Positions 39,761-53,169 are shown, counted from the stretch's first letter. The stretch is DNA of 64,000 bases from Octopus sinensis (GCF_006345805.1 NC_043007.1:49600001-49664000), one strand, 5' to 3'. Made by a program: numbers and translations. The notes: generated by a model not told the origin, from the sequence alone.

Positions 39761-40875
39761 AGGTGACCTGCTCTACGCGCGGGTGAGGGTGTGGTTGTTA
39801 CTTTCTGTTGCTTCCTTTCTGTTTCTTATCGCTACATTCTCCCTCTTTGTTTTTCTCTCCTTTCTCACTTTTCCACTCTCTTACTCTTCATTTCTCTTGG
39901 ACTCTCCCTCGCTTTCTCTTACTCTCTATCTTTCTATATCTGTCTCCCATTTATAAAAAACAAAAGATCTTGAGTAAGTTGATAAAGAAAATATTTTGAA
40001 AGATCAATCATAAATATCAGGTCGTGACAACGGAAAGCACACTTGCCTTTTGTACGTGCCACTATTTGAGCGATTAAAAATAAAGAAAAAAGGATTTCTT
40101 TGTTAAATTTAGTACTTATTTTGGGAATTTTTCGATGATTGACCATGCAAATGAAAGCTCTAAACACGGGCTACATGCAGCTGCAAATTTCTTTCAGTAA
40201 AAATGAAAACTGTAAACAATAAAATATAAGAGGCAAAAATACGTAAAAATGAGAAATGTTTTTCAACTTCAAAAATCTTGCCTTAATTTTCAAAATTTCG
40301 AACCCATTTTGCGCGCTTAAATTACAAATCCGCTTCCACTTTACCATGTTGAAAATGTGATTGAAATCGGGCAAAAAAGTGTCCAATCAAGACACGCAAG
40401 TGTCCCCCAAAATCAATAAAATCCCTGTTTTCACAGCAAAACAACCACTGTAGCGCCCCAAAACGTCTGCCAATCAATTTCTCACCTCACGTTACCCCCT
40501 CCTGTAAATTTTAATCCCCTTCCAGCCCCATTTAGGGTCCTTTTTACATAAAAATCCAATTTCTATCAACGTTCGCCTTCTTCATTTTATAGATTAGATT
40601 GTTTTACTTGTTTCGGTATTATGACTTAATTTAATTTGGGTCTACGCGGGACACATGTTAAAAGATGAGGAATTTTGCCCTAAAGGCCATGTCTTTCAAT
40701 TGAGCAAACTCAAAGTTGCCATGCAAACTCGCTAGTATTTTTAACATAGGTATGCATATTTCAGCTCAGTCCGACCACATATTCATACATTATATATATA
40801 TATATATAATAGAAATATTAAAATTACTAAGTCTCTCTAAAGGAGATTACAGCTGCGTTACTGGATATTAATAGT

Positions 40876-40994
40876 TATCGCCATACTAATATGGCATCGC
40901 CTCTAGGACATCGCCTCTAGCTAGCGATGGCCTCTTGGAGCTAATCAGCGACAGCTTTAGTCTTATATTTATAGACTGCCATATTAGTATGGCG

Positions 40995-40998
<4 letters not shown>
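40876..40998. mobile_element. Small MITE-like element with 22-bp inverted repeats
   Basis: ttatcgccatactaatatggca ... tgccatattagtatggcgataa. Confidence 0.6.
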
Positions 40999-41048
<50 letters not shown>

Positions 41049-41100
41049 GTATTAAATATGTACATATATACGCATAATATATACATGTCTACACACACAT

Positions 41101-41141
<41 letters not shown>

Positions 41142-41239
41142 AAAATATATACTTTATATACACATATATATATGTATACACATTATATATATATATATAT
41201 TTATATACAAACATATATATATTTAAATTAACACAATAT

Positions 41240-41719
41240 ATCTGATTTATAATATTTGTTATGATGGCGCGGAGATGGTGGGCGATAATAATTCACCGTT
41301 CTAAAAGACCTGTGGCGGTAATATTTCAACTTTTACGGTCGTCAACGCTTTCTCTCTATAGATACAGACAGACGTACAGTAAGGGAGGTGGTGGGAGAAA
41401 GAGTGACAGAGAGACGAAGCTGTCAAACGTCGTTATAGAGAGAATGTGCAGGGAAGGAAGGAAAAAGAGAGATCGAGGAAGAAAGGGTGATAGCCGAAAG
41501 GGAGAAACGACAAACACTTGTCAAAGTGTGGAATTTGTTGCCCTAGTAACCACAGCTTTTGAGATATGGGTTTTTAACCTAGTGCAGCCGCTTCCTCGCC
41601 TCTTTTTACATGTCCCTGTAAATTTTGGTACCAATCCGATCCCATCTAGCGCTCCTTAAACTGTTCCAATCCCAAAATGAGACAAACAAATTTTTCGCAT
41701 TTCAGCTTTTTAGATATTG
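41240..41719 (-). mobile_element. Possible non-autonomous Helitron-like element
   Basis: Minus-strand start A|TCAATATCTAAAAAGCTGAAATGCG..GTTTGTCT..ATCGGATTGGTACCAAAATTT resembles Helitron 5' ends. No CTRR 3' end found. Confidence 0.35.
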
Positions 41720-41959
41720 ATTTGGGATAGAAACTATGAGAATAGGAACAATTTCACTAGATGATCATGCTAATTGTTAGACTATACAGACTTAAACATG
41801 AAAAAGTAGGGAAACTAAGAGTGTAGTAACATTGGCTAAAAACTAAACTGAAATGTTAGGTAATACCTTTAAAATATTTAAAGGTATGGGTTACTTTATT
41901 AATAAATAAAAGGCGTAGGTCCAATTTATTATTAATTAAATTTTCACTATTCGCCTATT

Positions 41960-42800
41960 TAATATTTCATAGACCTCCATACAGCATTATCTACACCCGA
42001 TATCTGCTGTTAGAGTAAGGTTTTGCTACCCTAATTATATACCATTTTATATTGAATTCGATATAATCGTCTTTGATTCTGCATAGGATAAGAAGGGATT
42101 ATGCAATCAGAATCTATCAGCAATGGGCCAGGAATTGACAGGGATTCGTTTGGGCATAATTCTAAGCTAACTGAAAGTAGTTTATGACCGCAATTTGTGA
42201 CAGGGCTAGAGTGAAAATCTGTTTTTATATCATTAGCAGTCACAAGCTGCTTACTACCAAGACAATCACTACAACCATCATTTGTAGCTGGCACAATCCT
42301 ATTAATGTTTTTAGATTCAACAGCATTAAGGGGATTATAAACCCTGGGGATATTGGAATGTTTAGTATTAGTGTTACTTATGTCGATGAGGTTATCATGA
42401 TTGCCAGTTGGTACTATATCATCATAATCCCTATCACTATTGTTACGGGTTAGGTTTATGCTTTTTCTGTTCAGGCCAGCTACAATCGTACTAAGGGTAG
42501 AATAGGAAACTCTAATATTCTTACGGGTAACATTTGTGCGATGGGGCGGGGAAAGTTCTTATCTAATATGCTAAAGAATGTTTTATATAAATTAGTACAT
42601 ATTACGTAATTGCATGATGGATTATACCAGATTACATCATTGTTATTTGTGTGTTTTCCTTTATACCTCCTACGCTTCTTAGACTTATAGTTAGTTGCAG
42701 ATTTATACGATACTAGCTGAATCACTGCCTTCAGGGCGGTTGATTAAAGAATTTCCTTATAGACAACGTTGTCAGTGTAGATTCCTTTCATACCCTTATA
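41960..42800 (-). mobile_element. Penelope-like fragment (RT-EN linker and EN, Naiad-like)
   Basis: KKRRRY..NDVIWYNPS..TNLYKTFFSILDKNFP matches the PLE 'RNIIWFNPP' motif. Confidence 0.7.
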
Positions 42801-42810
42801 CTCTGAGTCC

Positions 42811-43226
42811 AAAGCAAATATATACACATTGTTCCCAGAACCAAAGCCAATACATGTACATTGTACCCAGAAACAAAGCAAATATATACACATTGTTCCC
42901 AGAACCAAAGCCAATACAAGTACATTGTACCCAGAAACAAAGCAAATATATACACATTGTTCCCAGAACCAAAGCCAATACATTTACATTGTACCCAGAA
43001 ACAAAGCAAATATATACACATTGTTCCCAGAACCAAAGCCAATACATGTACATTGTACCCAGAAAAAAAGCAAATATATACACATTGTTCCCAGAACCAA
43101 AGCCAATACATGTACATTGTACCCAGAAACAAAGCAAATATATACACATTGTTCCCAGAACCAAAGCCAATACAAGTACATTGTACCCAGAAACAAAGCA
43201 AATATATGCTCATTGTTCCCAGAAGC
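42811..43226. repeat. Tandem minisatellite, 64-bp unit made of two related 32-mers, 6.5 copies
   Basis: Units start at 42811, 42875, 42939, 43003, 43067, 43131 and 43195 and are nearly identical. Confidence 0.97.
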
Positions 43227-45786
43227 CAACATGGCTTCCGTTATTTCAGTCCATTTTGGGTTGGTTGTCATACTGATGAAGTAGTCTGGATTTCCAAACT
43301 CTCTCACCAGAGCAATTCGAGGTTGGAAACACTCCCTGTAAAACCGAGGAGAAGCAGTGTGATGGCGGAAGAATGATTTTAGACCCTTCGTCATTCATGT
43401 CTCCATTTGCAATAGCATCCATAAGACCCTGGTACTTTTCAGCCTTAAGTTGTTTCTGATGAGTTCTCAGGAAGTGTAATCGATCTTGCTCTATCTTTGT
43501 ATATTAATCTACTGCATATTGTTGCATCAGACGTTTACTTTTCATTATGCCTTTGAACTCGTCCTTTCTTATCTGGAGCCGATAAGAATAAGTCACATTC
43601 AGTGATAGCTTTGCTTCGGTCATTGTCTTTCAAGAGCGCATTCCATCCCCCTTCCCCATAAAGAAACAGAAGTAAATAATGGAAAAGGCCATAGCTTTTG
43701 TGGATTTGACTAATGTAGTCTAACTTCTCATTGCTCGCATTGTACTAAATGGCAACATCCACAGGTTTAATGTTTGGTTTATTGGTATCATCCACCACCG
43801 TGATCACAGCAACTTCTTCTGCAGTTGGATTACAGCTTCTCTCATGTGACCCAACAGGAATAAGCCGTTTGTGATGACTTATAATATCATCGGTAGAATA
43901 TTTTCCTGATGCAGGGTATTCCTTAAGTGTGTCAATAGCCTGTTTAAACTTTTGACATATGGATTGTGTATATGCAATGCTCTCTGAAAGTCTAGCAGGA
44001 TGTTCTCATTAAGGTCATTGTCAGCTCCTCTGAATGACAACCTGTTTCTCATCTCACTTTCAGTGTCAACGAAATATAGTTGTGCGTAGACTGGCTTCCT
44101 ATTTACTGGTGGTAGGAAACTTTCTACGCGGTAGTACAACTTTCCTTGAATCTTGAATGTAGTCATATAAGTGCTACCACCCTATGGTCAAATTGGTGGA
44201 TTATCCAGTCCAAGTGAAGCCATAAACCAGTAAATTATTGTAGTCACGAATTTTGTTCAGAAACATTTGACTGCATAGATTAACATCATTATATTAAGTT
44301 ATTCATTCTGGGGCCTTTTTTACCTGTGGAATTTTATTATTACTAATTTTTCCTTTGCCACAGCAGAGGGTAGTTTTCTCAGCTCTTCTAAGGTAATCTT
44401 TGCAGTTAGGGTATGTTCTGTTAAAAATGTTTCCATGGTAGTGCAACATAAAGATTGGGTTTCGTTCTTTCTCTTGAAAATCTGCCACATCAACTTCCAT
44501 AGCCATTCTCTCAGTGTCAGTTCTTTGCTGACAAAGTCTCAGTTGCTATCATGCCTGGTTGTCGCTGCTGAATGTGTTGCAGTGACGTGTTTTCCCTAGA
44601 GACCTCTCCTCTTTCCCCAGCAGATCAGTATTTGTCCGTCGTGCTTCTGTTTATTGTGGTATTTTCATTGCACGGTTTTTCTGTGTTCTCAGCCGATTCA
44701 CATTCTTCCGTTCTTTTTTTATTTTTCTGGTCTTTCCATTGCAGGGGTTCCCTGTGTTCTCATCCGATTCGCATTTCTCCGTCCTTCTGAATCTTCTGGT
44801 CCTTCCATTGCACGGGTTTCCTGTCTCTTCAGCCGATTGCATTTCTCCATACCTCTGTTTGTTCTGGTGTTTCTATTGCGTGGGGTTCTTGCATTCTCCT
44901 TTGCTTTATTTCGAGACACTGAGAAGAGCTAGGTCCTTGTCTGTTTTCTTCAATTAGCATCTGTTGTCTTTGATCAGAAATCTTTTGTGAATAAGAATTT
45001 TTTCGGGTCAGGTTGTTGCCCTTTCTTTCTCTGAGCACAGTGTACTGCTGAAAGCGTGAATATTTATGACAATTATACAGCGAAAGTTTTGCAACGATTC
45101 AGCTAGTATTTAAGCTAATTTCTCTGAACGGGAAGTTTCCACGGTATTAATTGTAAATATTTACTTTGAGTATTTATTTAAAAACACTCGACTCTCGCTA
45201 AACACTATTTTAAAGTGCGATTTTTTGTTGTTGAATTGCTCTAAACGAATTTTACCATAAAAATGTTGGAAATTTAGTATTTTTTAAGGTAATAATAAAA
45301 TTAGTCGAACCTATTTTCATGCAGTCGAATGCGTAGTTTCCAAAATTTTCATACTTTTTACATCTGCTGTTTCAGACGACAGTACATTCAATAACATATT
45401 CACACACGAAACGACGTAAATACACATAAAAATAGTCCCGGCGGCCGACGGCATGAAAATAGTTCCGGCAAATTTTATTAATATCTTTAAAAATAATAAA
45501 TTTCCAATATTTTTATGGTCAAATTCGCTTAGAGTAATTCAATGCCATAAAAATCGAACTTTAAGATAGTGTTTAACGAGTATGGTGTAATTGTAATTTT
45601 CACCGAAGATCAACAGTATATTTTTTTTCAAAATGATACCGATAGAAACATTGGAAAAAACGCAACCGGTTAAGAGAGAATGAAGTAAGAGAAGTAGTAA
45701 ATATGTGTCTTAGAGAGAGAGAGAGTTATGAGAGGGAACATTGTGTGAGAGTGAGTGCGATACGTAATACATATGTGTGTGTGTGT

Positions 45787-45832
<46 letters not shown>

Positions 45833-46248
45833 GAGAGACAGACAGACAGACAGACAGAGAAACGTCAAATTAACACCGACGGAGACATGGAAAGAGCGCA
45901 ACCGATTAAGAGAGAGTGAGTTATGAGAGGTAGCATTGTTTGCAATTCTGTCAATTACCACTCCTCACACTACAGCTCCCAATAAGAGAAAGAGGTAGTA
46001 AGCGTGAGGAATAGTAGGAGTGTCACTGAATAGTGAGAGAGGGGTAATTCGTTTTGTCGGATTTTAGCAGACTGGAACCGGACCGGTTAATTTTCGTGAA
46101 TCCCATATAAATGTTGGCACTCTCCCGGTACCCTCGGTTCCTCACGCCAAGTTTGGTCGAATCGGTCCAGTGGTTGCGGAGGAGTTTGGAAACACGATTT
46201 TGACACAGACATACACACTAGACGTAAAAAGCGCAATTATAGTATAGA
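43227..46248 (-). mobile_element. Autonomous-type Helitron relic, 5' end intact, truncated within Rep
   Basis: 5' A|TCTATACTATAATTGCGC at 46248, about 69-bp coding repeats, a CC.KGK finger, FKIQGKLYYRV..PVYAQLYFVD, and SPRFYRECFQ..GNPDYFISMTTNPKW. Confidence 0.88.
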
Positions 46249-46329
46249 TACTTATGTTTTTGTTGTTATCAATATCCTTATTTTTGCTACAATAATTATT
46301 TCCGCACTTAACTACATTTAGCCACTTTT

Positions 46330-47200
46330 TTCTGGTATACCCATTAGTTAATTAGTTAACCTCTTGAATCCATCATCAACACAATTACTTTTATTATAGC
46401 TTTTAATGAATTTAGTGGGCCTTCTAATATCATTCTCACAATTCCCAGAAATGGGAGTGATTCTTATGTTAGTGTTGTGTACATTATCATCTAGTTTCGG
46501 TGATTTAATAAAGCCAATGTGTTCACTAGAATTCATTGAAACTAGTCTAATCGTATCACTCGAATTTGTCTTAAGCATCTGCCTATGTGCTGATACGATA
46601 TTAACATTATCATTACCATCAATACATTTATCATTATTATGACGAATAGTTTTACATTTAGACTTTTCATATACAATGTCTTGTTTCTAGCGGGTTTTTC
46701 ATATAGCCGAATTATAAAAATGAGTGTAGGAATTGACAATGCTAGTTGCATATTCCTCCTTTTACTAGGGATTTAATCACGCAGTGGTGATGGTAGCTGG
46801 GAGGGGGCGGTGATTGGAGAATTTACTGACATATTTAGTGATTTCCTCGGGTTTTCTATAGGGATAGTATAATCCAGATTTAAGGTCTAATTTTACATCC
46901 AAGAAATCAACCACTTTAGTACCATGCTCGAAAGTTAAATTTAGGTTGAAGTTTCGAAGGAATTTTCTAATTTTATACGCGTCCTCTCCAAGACTGTTTC
47001 ACTGCTACTGTGTATGACGAACATTCATGTATAAACCATCACGAAGATCTCGGAATTCCTTACTAACACAGTGTAGGAGGTAGATTCTTACTATGTCGGT
47101 AACTTGGGCTGAATCACTGAATCTCATGGCTATATCGAAGTTGTCGCCGGTATAACTTCTCTTCCATAGTCTCTCCTCAAACTCAATGATAGTTCGTCTA
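46330..47200 (-). mobile_element. Penelope-like RT fragment (Naiad-like)
   Basis: DNFDIAMRFSDSAQVTDIVRIYLL, a degenerate RDDGL, and LTFEHGTKVVDFLDVKLDLKSGLYYPYRKP. Confidence 0.75.
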
Positions 47201-47289
47201 AGGTGTTCTAGACATTTTAACATCTCCCTGGCCGAACACTTGGCCCTTCGATGTTGCTGACGCCGCCAACATCAAACCGGCTGACAAGT

Positions 47290-48330
47290 ATAGAGCTGTT
47301 GTGTGATGTGTGCAGACCATTACAAGGCTGAAGCTCTCCGCCAACTTCAGGATATCGTCTTCTGTTTCCCTCTACTCTTCAGCCCCACTACTAACTACCA
47401 ACAGACTATGTCTTCAACTATTCATTTCTTCTTCCTACCTCCTCTAACCTCATTCTCCCTACCTCAATCACCCTCACTATTTAATTCCTTCCCAAAATGC
47501 ACAAGCCCAACAACCCTGGCCGCCCCATCGTCTCCGTCTCCAACTGCCCGCAGAAATGATCTCCAAGTACCTTGACTGTGTCCTTTCAGCCTAGATGCTT
47601 CACTCCTCTCACACATTCACCATACTAATCATGCTGTTTAATTCTTTCTCCTTCTCTCCTGGTCCCTCCCAAATCCTGTTTACTTTCGACATTAAGCCGC
47701 TGTGCACAGTGATCCCGCACAACGAAGGCCTTCATGCGCTAAAACACTTCAGCCAGACCCTCAGCTTGATACCTCCACTTTTCTTCGTTTCTCCTAACTT
47801 GTTTTTCTGCTTCAACTGCTTTTCGTTCGCGAGTGAGTTTTACCAACAGGTCTCGCGGGGGAGTTTTACCAAGGGCTATGGCAACGAGAATGGACTTCAG
47901 CTATGCGAACTTGTTCGTTGGCTATGTTGAGGCGCAAATATTCTCACAGTTCACTAGTCTCACTCTTGAGCTATACGGTCGATATATCGATGAGTGTATC
48001 GGCGTAACCTCACTCTCCCGTTAACATCTTGACTTCTTCCTCTCCTTTGTCCAATCTTTCCAGTCTGCCCTCGAATTCTCTTCTACTGTTTCTAACTCTT
48101 CCGTCGAATTTCCCGACATTTCTTTCAATATGCACCACACCACTCTCGTCACTTCCATTCACTACAAACACACAGACTCACACTCCTACCTTCGTTTCTC
48201 CTCCACCAACCCTACTCACTCCAAGCTCTTCATCCTCTACTCCCATTTCCTTCGTCTACGCCGGCTCTGCAGTACCGACCATGACTGAGACCCAGTTTCA
48301 ACTCATGGCTCGCTACTTCACTGTACGTGA
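47290..48330 (+). mobile_element. Penelope-like RT fragment (a different PLE lineage)
   Basis: PGRPIVS-like motif, FTFDIKPLCTVIPHNEGL, YANLFVGYVE, YGRYIDE, HYKHTDSHSYL, FLRLRRLCS. Confidence 0.85.
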
Positions 48331-48349
48331 TATCCCCTCACTATTATTC

Positions 48350-48820
48350 ATACACACACACACACACACTCACACACACACATACACACACACACAAACA
48401 CACACACTCACACACACACACACATACACACACAAATACACAAAACGCACATCACTCCCTCTAAACAACACATACACTAGGTTACTTGTACACACATACA
48501 CAAACATCGAGACCGATGCGTTTGCACACACATGATAATTGACACCTATCCCACACAGATTTCCACATACCTACACACATTCATACGCGTACACATACAT
48601 TCACACATCCATACGCGCACACGCATACATACCAGTATACGAAACGCATATCACTCCACATAATGTACGCACTGGGTCACTTACACGCACATACACACAC
48701 AGAGGTCCACATAATTCTCAGCTCGTCCACACATACATACTCATGCACTCGCCCCCACTCATAATACATACGCGCTCACACACACCATTCTCACATACTC
48801 ACACGCGCTTGAATAAATTT
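48350..48820. repeat. (CA)n and CA-rich low-complexity tract
   Basis: Direct reading. Confidence 0.9.
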
Positions 48821-50871
48821 GCTTAGCTGGGTTATCGTTATTATCTCTCATTCAACCTCTTCCTTCAGGCCATTTCATCATGTTGAACCGTTAATCCTAC
48901 GCATTTCTATCTCCGTCTGTTTTTTTTTTTTTTTCATTCTCTTTCATTTTTTTCCCATCTTAATCCTTTCTGTCGAAGAGCGTAGGCTCGAAACGTAGAA
49001 GACTTTCCATTCTTCCCGAGCGTTAAGCTAATACACCTGCTGGTTGTTCCTACACCTGTCTTCGTCTTAGCATTTGGAAAGTTGATTTTTAATGTGTTGT
49101 ACGTGTGGTGCTTTAGTTTTAAAATTTGTATGTGTGGTGGTGGTGGTGATGCATTGTGTGTTGGGAAAAAAGAAGTCTTCCATTGTGGATGTTTGTGCAG
49201 TCTGTTTGTGCTGTGTACTGTGTCGGTGCTTGTGGTGGTAGTATTGGTGGTGTTGTTGTTGTTTGCTGTGTTTGCTTATTGCTGCTGATGGAATTTCCTC
49301 CTGTTTGCTCTTTTCCCTCTTTTTTTCTACTGTCTTTCTTTTCCTTTTTTGTGAACTCTAGTATTATCAGGCGATTGGAACGCTGTCTTAGATGGACGTT
49401 TCGATTGCGTGGGAGTATCTGACAGGAGAGGGGGTGCAAAAGCCTCCAAAACCTGCTCACACGTTTTCAGTTGTGTGACAGGTATCGACTAGATTACACA
49501 CGCAAAACAAGCGTTGGTTTTTGATAACCGTTGGGAAATGGTAAGCGTTAGGGATTGATAGCTAAAGCATTGTCTGGAGACTCCGTGATTTCCGAGATGA
49601 AATACCCCGCAGCTAGTGGACTATTATCGACAGAGCGCCACCCTATTCAGGCGTCACCTCCAACTGCCAGCTCTGCTCCCGCGAAAAACGGCATATCCTC
49701 TAACAACCCGCAGTATCTATCAACCAGAAATACGATTTATCGTACTGCTGTCACCAGAGGAATGCCCTTCCGGCAAATTACAGAACTCTGATTACCGACA
49801 ACCTGGATACACCATCTTAGCAACAGCTGCTACTTTGCACAGCCTGCACCAAAGTCACCGCTACCAATGACTCCCATAAGCAGGGCCGCCATTTATCAAT
49901 TTCCGTTTACCAACTCTCAACGCTTACCAATTCCCAACGCCTGTTTTGCGCGTGTATACTCGTGCATGCGCGCATGTGAATGCACAAGTACACGCACATG
50001 CGTGTGCGCGCGCACACTGTTATGCATGCGTACATGCATGCGAATATACATATGTGCATATGAATGACTACGCATGTGTGTGTATGCGTGTATGTGTGTA
50101 CATGTGAACGTATGCTTGCATATGTGGGTGTGAGTGCGCGCACGCGTGTAGACGTACGTGCCCGTGTACAAATGCACACACTCGCGTCAATATACACATT
50201 CACGCAAAAGTATACGAGCACACCTACGCCGCCTCTTCCTACTTCTTCCTCCAACAACCTGACCGATTTCTTAATCGCCACGTAGTCTATTTCGTGTCCT
50301 TTAACATAAGGTTGGCCCAGGGCTAAACGACTAATCAATGAATGTTGCGATCCGATCACGAATCCACTAAGCAGTATCTCTGAACTAATCCACTTTCAAT
50401 TATCGCCTCTCCAACTGCATATTATTTATTCATTTATTATGATTAAAAAATGAACTCGAAATAATTGCTATATATTAGCAAAATGTTTTAATAATTGTTT
50501 TTATACAATTCCTAATAATATTTAACAATGAAAATTTAGTGGGATTTTCTCAACCTCGAATGGTTAGGAGGGTCCATCTGAGTAAAATAGTGATTAAAGA
50601 GACCCATAGGTAAGAAAATGATTTAAAAACGATGCTTCAGCGCATTTAAGATAAAAACTACAAAAAAAAGAAATAAATAAACAAGGGAAGCAACTCTTTC
50701 ATAAGAGTAACTTCCCTTCCAAAAGTTATTGCTCCTTAAAAAAATTACATTTTACGTACTGATTGAGTGAAAATATGGAAAATACGATCTAAATCAGGGG
50801 TGGAGAAACTTGTTAGTGCGGTGGGCAAAAATTTCCAAATAAAAAGGTCCGCGGGCGGGTCACAAGTTCCA

Positions 50872-50934
50872 ACCAAAGCCTTCCAAGTGGATTTGATAGA
50901 CGGGAACTAAAAGAATCCTGTCGTATATATATAT

Positions 50935-50971
<37 letters not shown>

Positions 50972-51070
50972 GTCTGTTTGCCGTCCCCAACATCGCTTGA
51001 CAACCGATGCTGGTGTGTTTACGTCCGCCGTAACTTAGCGCTTTGGCAAAAACAGACCGATAGAATAACT
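50872..51070 (+). mobile_element. Family B SINE, central/3' part (tail resumes at about 51725-51790)
   Basis: ccaaagcc..gtggatttgatagacggga..ccccaacatcgcttgacaaccgatgctggtg, with the tail catggccgcaatcaaatgactgaaac at about 51748. Confidence 0.8.
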
Positions 51071-51720
51071 TAGTAGTAAGGGGACAGTGGTCAGTTACTT
51101 TAGGCAGTAATGTAGTTTGGCTGGCAGGCACCATGGAATCTGTTGGAATGTCGCTAGCTGTGAAACCACGTGCTGGTCTTATATCATTCACGTTTTCGTT
51201 TTTGGTTTTTGTTTTATAGAGTTGGGAAGAAGGTTAATTTTCGATTTTTTAATAAATTTACTGTTATTAACCTTCTTCCTACGTTCTACAAATGTTGCTT
51301 GTTGGTGTAGATACTTCGCAGTAAAATGATTTAATTCTGGATGCACATCATCCCAATATGATTGAAATCGATTCATATACCCAGCAGCGGGGTTTTGTTT
51401 AGCTCTTTTTGTAGCAGCTAAATAGATCATTATTCAAATCATAACTGCAAGAGAAATGAGTTTTGTAGTTACGGCTTCTTCTATAACTACAGCTGGAAAG
51501 GATTTGTTCACCTGTTGAGCTGTTGTTTTCGTTCTGTTCCTCGATTGTATTGTTGATGTTGTGTCCAGCCATGTTGTTTGTCGTAACTCTCTGCATGCTA
51601 AATTCAAGTTTCAGTCGAAAATCACTACGATCGTGAATAAAAGGCTCCCTCAGTTAATTCATCTGAAGATTAACCAGTTATTTAACAAGGCTCATATTTG
51701 TGGCTCCAAAGTTGGAGATA
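51070..51720 (-). mobile_element. R4/Dong-like LINE N-terminal fragment
   Basis: GYMNRFQSYWDDVHPELNHFTAKYLHQQA resembles the N-terminal Myb-like region seen at 30.5 kb. Confidence 0.6.
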
Positions 51721-51867
51721 GTATTCATGATATTTTTCATAGTCCCCCATGGCCGCAATCAAATGACTGAAACATATAAAAGAATAAGAGAATACATATA
51801 CTTAAGCGCGCGCACTCGCACACACACATTCTCAAACGCGCGCGCAGACGTACACAAACACGCACTA

Positions 51868-52025
51868 TCCGTTCCGGCTGTTTGCATTTTGAGTTCAAAT
51901 ACTGCTAAGGTCAACTTTCTCTTTCATTTCGTGTAGGCTAAAACAATGTACTAGTCAAGTACTAGTAGCTGTGATATCGACTGCTCTCTCCACACAAAAT
52001 TGCTGGTCTTGTATCTAAATTAGAA
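51868..52025 (+). mobile_element. Family A SINE, degenerate
   Basis: gagttcaaatactgctaaggtcaactttctctttcat..aaattgctggtcttgtatcta. Confidence 0.55.
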
Positions 52026-52245
52026 ACCATTATCTTCCCTATTCCTCTTACCCTCAATCTCATTCGCTCACATTTCCCATCTTCCAGTCTTTCTTTCTCA
52101 CCCATTCCTCTCTGATTTACTCCGACTTTCTTCACTTTCGTCTCGTAATCTTTCACTCGTTGTTTTATCCCACCCGCCGCCTGTCCTGTCCGTGTTTATT
52201 TGTTTCGTTTCTGTCCCAATTTTTGAAAAATAAAATAGAATAAAT

Positions 52246-52334
<89 letters not shown>

Positions 52335-53169
52335 TTGTAATAGTTTATTTTGTTGTTGATACAGAGGGCGCCAGTGTGACTAGATCTGATCTGAAAATAT
52401 TTGTTTTTCTTTTGACTTCGATGTTAAAACTTACTTCTGGCTTTTCACCACCAAGTTGTGATGTGGAGGTGTTTAGTGCGTGCGTGTGTGTGTATGTGTG
52501 TGTGTATGTGTGTATGTGTGTGCGCGCATGCGTGTATGAGTGTGTGTGCGTGTGTGTGCGTGTGTGTGTGTGTGAATGTGAATGTTGGTGTGCGTGTGCG
52601 AAGGAGAGAGAGAGAGAGAGAGAGAGAAATAGAGAGGGTGTAGGGATAATGGAAGAGGAGTGGGGGTAGGTGAAGTCTTGCGATTTGGTTGGCAGCAAGG
52701 AATTCTCAGCGAAAGATGCCAAAATGGTTTTCATAAATAAAAAGAAAACCCCAAAATATCAGGAAACAAGAAACGAAAACAGAAAAACGAAAAAAGGGAC
52801 ACAAAGACATAGATTTTAAGGAAGAATTATAAGTCAATATAAATGGTAGAACGACAAAATGAATAAATGAATGAAAATAGATATTTGAATGAATGAAAGA
52901 ATTAAATCATGAGTGAAAGAATTACAGAAAGAGTTTGTACTCCCCAACAACAACAACATCAGCAACACCAGCAGTAACAACAAAAACGACATGAATAACA
53001 ACAACAACAACACAATACTGCACACATTCCAAAGAATGTAGCAGGTGTGCTGTTGAAATTTGCCTGAAACTATCAAATGTCAAATAATAATAACTTTTTC
53101 TACTACAGGCACAAGGCCTGACATTTTAAAGGGAGTGGGGAGTCGATTACATCGACTTCTCTCAAAATA

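Noticed and set aside
42695-43394. Seven overlapping ORFs of 79-193 aa on both strands, and a superficially array-like repeat
   Set aside because: They arise from the stop-poor 64-bp tandem repeat. There are no unique spacers and the context is eukaryotic, so this is neither a gene nor CRISPR.
46406-46642. Hydrophobic 78-aa plus-strand ORF
   Set aside because: It is antisense to decayed Penelope-like sequence and has no recognisable family motif.
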